Virus record (IMG/VR): IMGVR_UViG_3300042013_000103
DNA length: 64,000 nucleotides
Source of the DNA: a virus
Lineage: Duplodnaviria; Caudoviricetes
Strand: one strand, 5' to 3'
The notes below the pieces were generated by a model. It made no database searches and was not told where the DNA came from. It saw nothing but the letters and a program-made list of their open reading frames with translations. Of the stretch, positions 58,360 through 64,000 are shown in pieces (positions within the stretch are counted from its first letter, which is position 1; the number at the start of each line of letters is the position of its first letter). The position numbers and the translations under genes were made by a program.

Positions 58360-60210
58360 TTAAGTCAAGTTCGCCATGGCTCTAAAGGTAGCACCGGCCC
58401 CGGCCAGACCAGGTGTTGTGCACACCCACCCCATTGGGTTGTTGAGCGTGGCGCCGGGTTGCCAAACCCGAGTACCCAGTGTGTAGTAGAACCCGTTTGC
58501 CGGGATCACGGTGGAGTAGTGTTCGGTACAGCTGACCATTACCCACTCGGCAGGGGATGCCCCGATCTGGAAAACCCGTAGCAGGGTGATCGCCCCGTAT
58601 TGCGGAACGGTGATGTTGCCCAACCCGTTCAACGAAATGTTCCCGGTGTTGCCGATTGTGATGTTCCCCGTGAGAGGGCGAATAGTCACCGTTTCCCCAG
58701 GGGCTGCGGTGGCCGCGATGTCGGTCAGCTTGATCGATTGATCCGCGGCTGGATTGACCACCACGTACCGGTGGGCTTTAAAATCCAACATGGTCCCGTC
58801 GATGAGCAGTGTCTTGTTAGACGCGGCTTTGTACTTACCAACGGTGTTCCCCGAAGGCATGCCTTTTAGGTTCATGCCTAAGATGGCGTTGAAGTCCACC
58901 GCGGGGTCGAGGTAGTTATCGACGATGCCCTGGGTTTCGTTGGTACCGTCGAACGACAGGTAAGCGTTGCCACTGAGGCTGTACAGGTAACCCTGAGTGA
59001 CGGTCGGTAGGAACCGCGTACCGTCGGCAGCGTTAGGGCAATGGTTCTTCTGCGCATGCACCCTAGCGTTAGCGGCCAAGGTAAACAATTTCCCGATGCC
59101 TTCAAACCAGCATTCTTGAGCGAAGATGGCCCGAACGTTCCGTGCGTACATCCCATACTGGGCCTTCTGCATGGAAAATTGACTGCCAAACGTCACGTTG
59201 ATCGGGGCCAACACCGCCGTGGCCTGCCCGGGGGTGTGCGTTGGGTCTTCGCCTTGACCGCTGGCCGCATCGGCCATGGTTGCTGGGTCCGGGTCCCAAT
59301 CCAACGTAATGCAGCGCCAGGCCGTCACACCATCTCGTCCTTCAGCACTGCCACCCCGGAAGTCGATCTGTCCATGTTGCCCGGTCATGCGCAAGGCTTC
59401 GCCACCCTCAGGGACTTGAAAGAACACCTTGTCGAACGTCAGGAACTGGATCGGGCGTTTGTAGTTACTGTTGGTGTAGCCGCCACGCGTCCAACCACCC
59501 TTATTAAAGTTGGAGAACCGTACATCGCGACATTCCGAGAACCACCACCCGCCATGAAAATACGCTTCGTCCCATTGGGCTTTGGCGTACAGGCCCCATT
59601 GATCAGGGTTGAGTGTCGGTTGAGCATGCCCCGGGATAACACTGCCTTGGAAGTGAATGCCCACGATGTGAGACGACGACACCGCTCCGCGTTCGATCTC
59701 CACCATGCCATACGGCACCGTGGAAGTCCGTGGCAACGCTGTGATGTACGTGCAACTCGACCCGTCACCGAGATCGCTCACCGAATGCAACTTGGTGAAC
59801 ACGGTGTGCGGATACGTGCCGGACGGGTATTTCACCCAACCACCGCCCTTGGATTTTACGTAGGCTGTGGCCGCGTTTCGAGCGGGGGTCCAATCCCACG
59901 TACTGGGTGACACCCCCGGTTTGTCGGTGATGCGGTCCGCGTATTCCCAGATGTTCACGGTGAGGCCCGACAACATGAGGCTAACGTTGGTGATGGTTTC
60001 GGCCAGGACCGTACGCTCGAAGCCCAGTTTCTCAGCCCCATCGGGATTAGTCAGTTCAGAGATGGCCGTAGATACCGCCACCTCTGCAGCCTGTTGCGCC
60101 TGGTCGCGGGCTTCAAACACCTCGTTCTTAGCCTGTATAACCGTGTTCTTTAAATCGTTATTGATGACGCCCAATGCGTCAATAGATGCCGCTAGTTGAT
60201 CGTACGACAT
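58360..60210 (-). CDS. Tailspike-like protein, class I anchor plus beta-helix
   Basis: MSYDQLA; VNIWEY...WDWTPA.NAA...GGGWVKYPSGTY entry motif; C-terminal GWVCTTPG. Confidence 0.82.
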   Translation of the reverse strand: MSYDQLAASIDALGVINNDLKNTVIQAKNEVFEARDQAQQAAEVAVSTAISELTNPDGAEKLGFERTVLAETITNVSLMLSGLTVNIWEYADRITDKPGVSPSTWDWTPARNAATAYVKSKGGGWVKYPSGTYPHTVFTKLHSVSDLGDGSSCTYITALPRTSTVPYGMVEIERGAVSSSHIVGIHFQGSVIPGHAQPTLNPDQWGLYAKAQWDEAYFHGGWWFSECRDVRFSNFNKGGWTRGGYTNSNYKRPIQFLTFDKVFFQVPEGGEALRMTGQHGQIDFRGGSAEGRDGVTAWRCITLDWDPDPATMADAASGQGEDPTHTPGQATAVLAPINVTFGSQFSMQKAQYGMYARNVRAIFAQECWFEGIGKLFTLAANARVHAQKNHCPNAADGTRFLPTVTQGYLYSLSGNAYLSFDGTNETQGIVDNYLDPAVDFNAILGMNLKGMPSGNTVGKYKAASNKTLLIDGTMLDFKAHRYVVVNPAADQSIKLTDIAATAAPGETVTIRPLTGNITIGNTGNISLNGLGNITVPQYGAITLLRVFQIGASPAEWVMVSCTEHYSTVIPANGFYYTLGTRVWQPGATLNNPMGWVCTTPGLAGAGATFRAMANLT

Positions 60211-60225
60211 AATGCCTCCACGGCT

Positions 60226-60987
60226 TCAAAAAGCGGTGATTCCGTAATTATCAGCTAACAGTTCGCTCAGGTAGGCCATGTTTTCATCAACTTGTGCCTG
60301 CGTAAGTATTACGTTTTGAAGGGCTACTAGCCCAACGTTCGACGTGCCGGTCTCAACCGATGGGGATGACCCGATCCGCAGTGTATCGCCGGTGTATACA
60401 GTCCTTGAAACCGATGCTGACGGGGCGGTCCATGTGGTTGTTCCGTTCTTGCGCCAGCCGGTCTTAGCTACACCGGTGGAATCGGTGATGGCTGCGAAAC
60501 CATTCCAAGCATCGGCTGCGCCGGCTACTGACAGCGCTGCGGCTTGGCCAGAGGTGGCCAAGGTCCTGTCGAATCGGTTGAGCAAGAGGTTTGGTTCTTC
60601 CCAGGTGAATGCATCACCCCGGTAGTTGCCACCAGTGTATCGTCTATTACTAACCAAAACCGATCGATCGGCACTCGCCGCCGCTAAGGATGGCTTGGCG
60701 ATTACCGTCCAAGTACGATCCGCGCCGGTCGTAATACCGGTATCGAAATAGTTAGCCGCGCTAAGGGTTGCTCCGAAGGCACCCATAACCGGAGCACCCG
60801 CAGCCACCAGCGGCTTGGTGCTATCTGCGAAATTTCGGAGTGATGCGCTGGCGCTTCCCCCTAGCAGATATAATCCAACGAGGCCCGCAGGATTCGGCAG
60901 GCTGATGTCAAGAAAACTCAGCAGGTTAGGGTGATTCCCTGGAAGAACCACTGCATCACCAAGCTTTAAATAATTTGAAATTGCCAT
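60226..60987 (-). CDS. LamG/concanavalin-like beta-sandwich protein, probable partner of the SGNH tailspike
   Basis: 253 aa, beta-rich; NYFDTG..T.T.I...LRIG...L....LT..Q; starts 7 nt after the SGNH gene stop. Confidence 0.6.
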   Translation of the reverse strand: MAISNYLKLGDAVVLPGNHPNLLSFLDISLPNPAGLVGLYLLGGSASASLRNFADSTKPLVAAGAPVMGAFGATLSAANYFDTGITTGADRTWTVIAKPSLAAASADRSVLVSNRRYTGGNYRGDAFTWEEPNLLLNRFDRTLATSGQAAALSVAGAADAWNGFAAITDSTGVAKTGWRKNGTTTWTAPSASVSRTVYTGDTLRIGSSPSVETGTSNVGLVALQNVILTQAQVDENMAYLSELLADNYGITAF

Positions 60988-60993
60988 GTAAGT

Positions 60994-63018
60994 TTACCTG
61001 TCGTTAAGAAACAGCGTAGCCAGGCGCCCTGCACTAAGTGCGGCCCCAGAGTTACTTGGATGGAAACCATCATTAAAGCCACCCAAGGCATTCATTTGTG
61101 CCCATGTACCGAACTCGTCATACAGGCTATAAAACTCACAGCCTAGGGAAACCGCAAGCTGTGACAGGGCATCGCGGAACTGGACGAGCGGAACTGTCGC
61201 CACGCCATCAGTCCGCGCTGGGGCGATCAGGATAATGCCCATGTCCGGAACTGCGGCTCGGTAAGCGTTTACCAAGGTCGTTATGTGAGCCTTAAAGTCC
61301 GCAATGGTCACGCCAACACGATAGTCGTTGGTTGAGAGGATGATGCCCAGTAAACTTGGATTCATCTTGGCGGCGTAGTAGCCGATCTGGCTTGCATACA
61401 CCGCGAGATTCTGGGCGATAGCACCCGAGTTGCCGCATTTGCTGAGGACCGCCCCCGAGACGGCTGAGCGGGTAAAATACAACCCGTGTACACGTACAGT
61501 GCCGGTGTTGCCGATGGTCCTGACCTCTATCGTGCGGGGTGTATTGTCGGCCATGCCGGTGAGCTTGACTGACATGGTGGTATCCGTGTTGCCGCAGACC
61601 ACTGTGTTCCATGTGGCTGAGTCAGAAGCCTTGTATTGGAAGGTCCCGTCTAAGTCCTGATAGAAAATCTCAACCTCGGTGGAGGTAACCAGATTGACAA
61701 TGTAGCGTGCATCTGTCGCCGTTGTCCACATCGATCGCCCATCAATCCCACACCCGTGATCTGGGGCTACCCCAGCTAACCCACCCGTGGATGCATCGTA
61801 AGTATTCCATAGGCCCACCAATACGGCGGTTATTCCATTCAACGTATTCGTGCCGGTGTTTATGCTGACCCAACCGTCGGAACTCTTTCCGAATAAGGCG
61901 TAGAGCCTGTCCGCAATTGCTTGAGACATGGGGGATAGCTCAGCCCAGGAATCCCCAGTGATGATCACGTTTACCTGCGATAAACTCCCCGTTCGTAGTT
62001 TCGCAGCGTTAGCGCGGTATTTGTACAACGTTCGCGAGTCTGAATGCGACTTGGCTAAGTTGATGTTGGCGGTAACGTTGGGCAGGATGGCGGAGATCAA
62101 GCTCGGCGACAGACCCGAGGCTGCGAACAGCCCATTCTCCAGCCAAACCGGTACGTTATTAGCCGAATCGACGAAAAGAGGGACCAGCGCATTAGAACTG
62201 TTATTTGTGGGGATTACCCGTTTAAGTCCTACCGCATTAATAACCATATCCAAAAACGACTGTGCGAGTCCTGTGGCCGCTAACATCCCGTTCTCAAGCC
62301 AAACCGGCACGTTCTTTACCGAGTCAACCCAAAGCGGTACACGGTTATTACTGGTAGAGTAAGTTCCTAACTTGTTAGCTACCGCGTTCTGGCTTGGATA
62401 ACGCTTGATTTCCAACGCACTGCCAGCGTCATTTTTATACAGGATCAAGTATTCTGCACTCTCCGCTGAGGGCACACTGAAATACTCCCCGCTTACGGTG
62501 GCGGCGAGGCCTTGGGCCACGGTATCCTTGATGTTATTATTCAACAGGATGGCGTCATGTGCAGCCGCTGCGAGCACGGCGGAAGCTCCTGCCTCCGTTG
62601 CTGATTGCTGTGCCGTTGTCACTAAAGGCACAATGACGTTTTTAGTTTCTTCTACTTCATCCGCCGACTGTTGTACCTCCACCGCCACAGCTTGGACTGC
62701 TGTTTTTGCAGCCAAAGTATCCGCTGCAGATACTGCTGCCGAGTCGCGAGCACTGCCTGCTTGTACTGCAGCAGCTTCTGCGGTGGTTACCCCGGTAGCC
62801 AACGCCAGTGCAGAATCCGCGGCATCGAGCGCAGCCTGTTGGGCCTGTAGGGTCAAGTCTTGCGTTTCGGTGAGCGTCGTCAACACATCCACAGCGAAGC
62901 CTTGTGCTCTGTCGCGGGCGGTTTCCGAGGCCGTGCGCACAGACTCGGCAGCAGCGGTTAATTCGTTATTGCTGGCAGTCAACAAGTCTACCGCAATAGC
63001 AAGAGATTCGTATGACAT
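60994..63018 (-). CDS. Tailspike with SGNH/GDSL esterase domain, class I anchor
   Basis: MSYESLA plus Ala-rich coiled coil; blocks GDSW (I), GNSG (II), STND (III), DGFHP (V). Confidence 0.85.
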   Translation of the reverse strand: MSYESLAIAVDLLTASNNELTAAAESVRTASETARDRAQGFAVDVLTTLTETQDLTLQAQQAALDAADSALALATGVTTAEAAAVQAGSARDSAAVSAADTLAAKTAVQAVAVEVQQSADEVEETKNVIVPLVTTAQQSATEAGASAVLAAAAHDAILLNNNIKDTVAQGLAATVSGEYFSVPSAESAEYLILYKNDAGSALEIKRYPSQNAVANKLGTYSTSNNRVPLWVDSVKNVPVWLENGMLAATGLAQSFLDMVINAVGLKRVIPTNNSSNALVPLFVDSANNVPVWLENGLFAASGLSPSLISAILPNVTANINLAKSHSDSRTLYKYRANAAKLRTGSLSQVNVIITGDSWAELSPMSQAIADRLYALFGKSSDGWVSINTGTNTLNGITAVLVGLWNTYDASTGGLAGVAPDHGCGIDGRSMWTTATDARYIVNLVTSTEVEIFYQDLDGTFQYKASDSATWNTVVCGNTDTTMSVKLTGMADNTPRTIEVRTIGNTGTVRVHGLYFTRSAVSGAVLSKCGNSGAIAQNLAVYASQIGYYAAKMNPSLLGIILSTNDYRVGVTIADFKAHITTLVNAYRAAVPDMGIILIAPARTDGVATVPLVQFRDALSQLAVSLGCEFYSLYDEFGTWAQMNALGGFNDGFHPSNSGAALSAGRLATLFLNDR

Positions 63019-63065
63019 GATTTTTCCTTGTCGGATAAAGGGCCACTGAGTGACCCTGTATTGTG

Positions 63066-64000
63066 TTAACCGCCGTTGCGCTTGGTTACTAGAACGCGCA
63101 CAGACATTGATGGTAGATCTATGGCCGAGGCAGTGTTGTTACGCAAATACACCAACACGTTACCCGTGGTTACTACAAAAGCGTTAACCGCGATCAAACC
63201 CACATCGGCCGAAAAGGATACTTGTACAAAGTCTCCAACTTCGGCACCCAGAATAGCGAAGCTGGGTGCCACTTGGCTGCCCGCTGCAATACTTGGTGCG
63301 TCGTAGGTGAAGCTACCGTAGAGCTGAGCACGCATGGACTGCCGCTTAACGGTTGCGTTGTTCACCACTAGGCCCGTGGTGCCCGTACCGGTGTTACCGC
63401 CTTCGTAACCATTTTGCACGGTAGCTTCAATATCTACCACGAATGTCTGGTTACCGGTTACGCTCTCCATGTGGTTATCGAAGATACGTGCCGTTACCGC
63501 ATTTTGTACCCGGATGCCCAGGCCCGAGCCGGACTGTGCGTTGTCCACACCGATCACGTTGTGGATGTCCACGAGGTTAACGTAGTTAACATCAATGGCC
63601 CCTAAACCATTGCCCCCGATAATCGCACCGTCGACTTTGACCAACCCAGCGTTTTGCAGATAGTTAGCGCCGCCCGAGTTGCTGATGTTCACCCCGTAGT
63701 TATACTGAGCATTCACCTGCACTTTACCGTTGTTACGCACTTCCGTACCTGGTTCAAGGTGTAGGAAACTGACCCCTCGACCAAAGATACCCGAGGCATC
63801 GTTGTCGTTGAACTTACCTTTGGCATGGACCCGGATCAGGTTACCAGTACCGTTGAAGATAGCCAAGCCGGCATGACCACAGGCAGTATGTTCACCTTCT
63901 ACGCGTGCTGTGCCGACGTTAGCAATAACTACCCCGTTACCGAACAGGCCATTGGGGTTACTGCCGATATAACGAATGTTCCACGATTTGCAGTTAGGGT
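63066..64000 (-). CDS. C-terminal part of another beta-helix tailspike; 5' end lies outside the window
   Basis: Hand translation shows the frame open to base 64000 (..SWNIRYIGSNPNGLFGNGVVIANVGTARVEGEH..). G/N/V-rich rungs; C-terminal GA.VGDFV.VS..V.V.L.N.T...IDL domain typical of tailspikes. Confidence 0.8.
   Translation of the reverse strand, partial: PNCKSWNIRYIGSNPNGLFGNGVVIANVGTARVEGEHTACGHAGLAIFNGTGNLIRVHAKGKFNDNDASGIFGRGVSFLHLEPGTEVRNNGKVQVNAQYNYGVNISNSGGANYLQNAGLVKVDGAIIGGNGLGAIDVNYVNLVDIHNVIGVDNAQSGSGLGIRVQNAVTARIFDNHMESVTGNQTFVVDIEATVQNGYEGGNTGTGTTGLVVNNATVKRQSMRAQLYGSFTYDAPSIAAGSQVAPSFAILGAEVGDFVQVSFSADVGLIAVNAFVVTTGNVLVYLRNNTASAIDLPSMSVRVLVTKRNGG

Noticed and set aside
46707-64000. 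Possible diversity-generating retroelement acting on tailspikes
   Set aside because: No reverse transcriptase in the window. The repeated segments lie at N-termini or between genes and differ at all base types, not specifically at adenines.
1-64000. Stop-codon recoding, introns/inteins and tRNA genes
   Set aside because: Core genes are uninterrupted and of expected size under code 11, no Hint or homing-endonuclease motifs were seen, and no intergenic gap showed a cloverleaf by eye (tRNAscan-SE not run).

Overview
This window is a segment of a phiKZ-like (Chimalliviridae-type) jumbo myovirus genome. The left ~37 kb is the conserved core morphogenesis and replication block. It starts with a giant tail protein (at least 1995 codons) carrying a lytic transglycosylase domain, which runs off the left edge and is missing from the ORF track. 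It continues with split virion RNA polymerase subunits (beta' with ADFDGD; large and small beta parts), prohead protease, SbcC ATPase, central spike plus PAAR tip, inner-head proteins, RNase HI and UvsX/RecA. A cassette of three small related membrane-anchored proteins is inserted in this core. The right ~27 kb is one minus-strand adsorption module. It contains four paralogous tail-tip proteins, a chaperone, a 1344-aa collagen-like fibre built from three repeat types including tandem foldon-like motifs, and a short paralog of that fibre. It ends with at least eight tailspike-like genes (seven beta-helix-like, one SGNH esterase). These tailspikes have divergent catalytic regions but use one of two short conserved N-terminal anchors and show module swapping. 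That apparent plug-in multi-depolymerase system is the most interesting feature. Assignments to phiKZ/SPN3US gene numbers come from recalled motifs and synteny, not from database searches.
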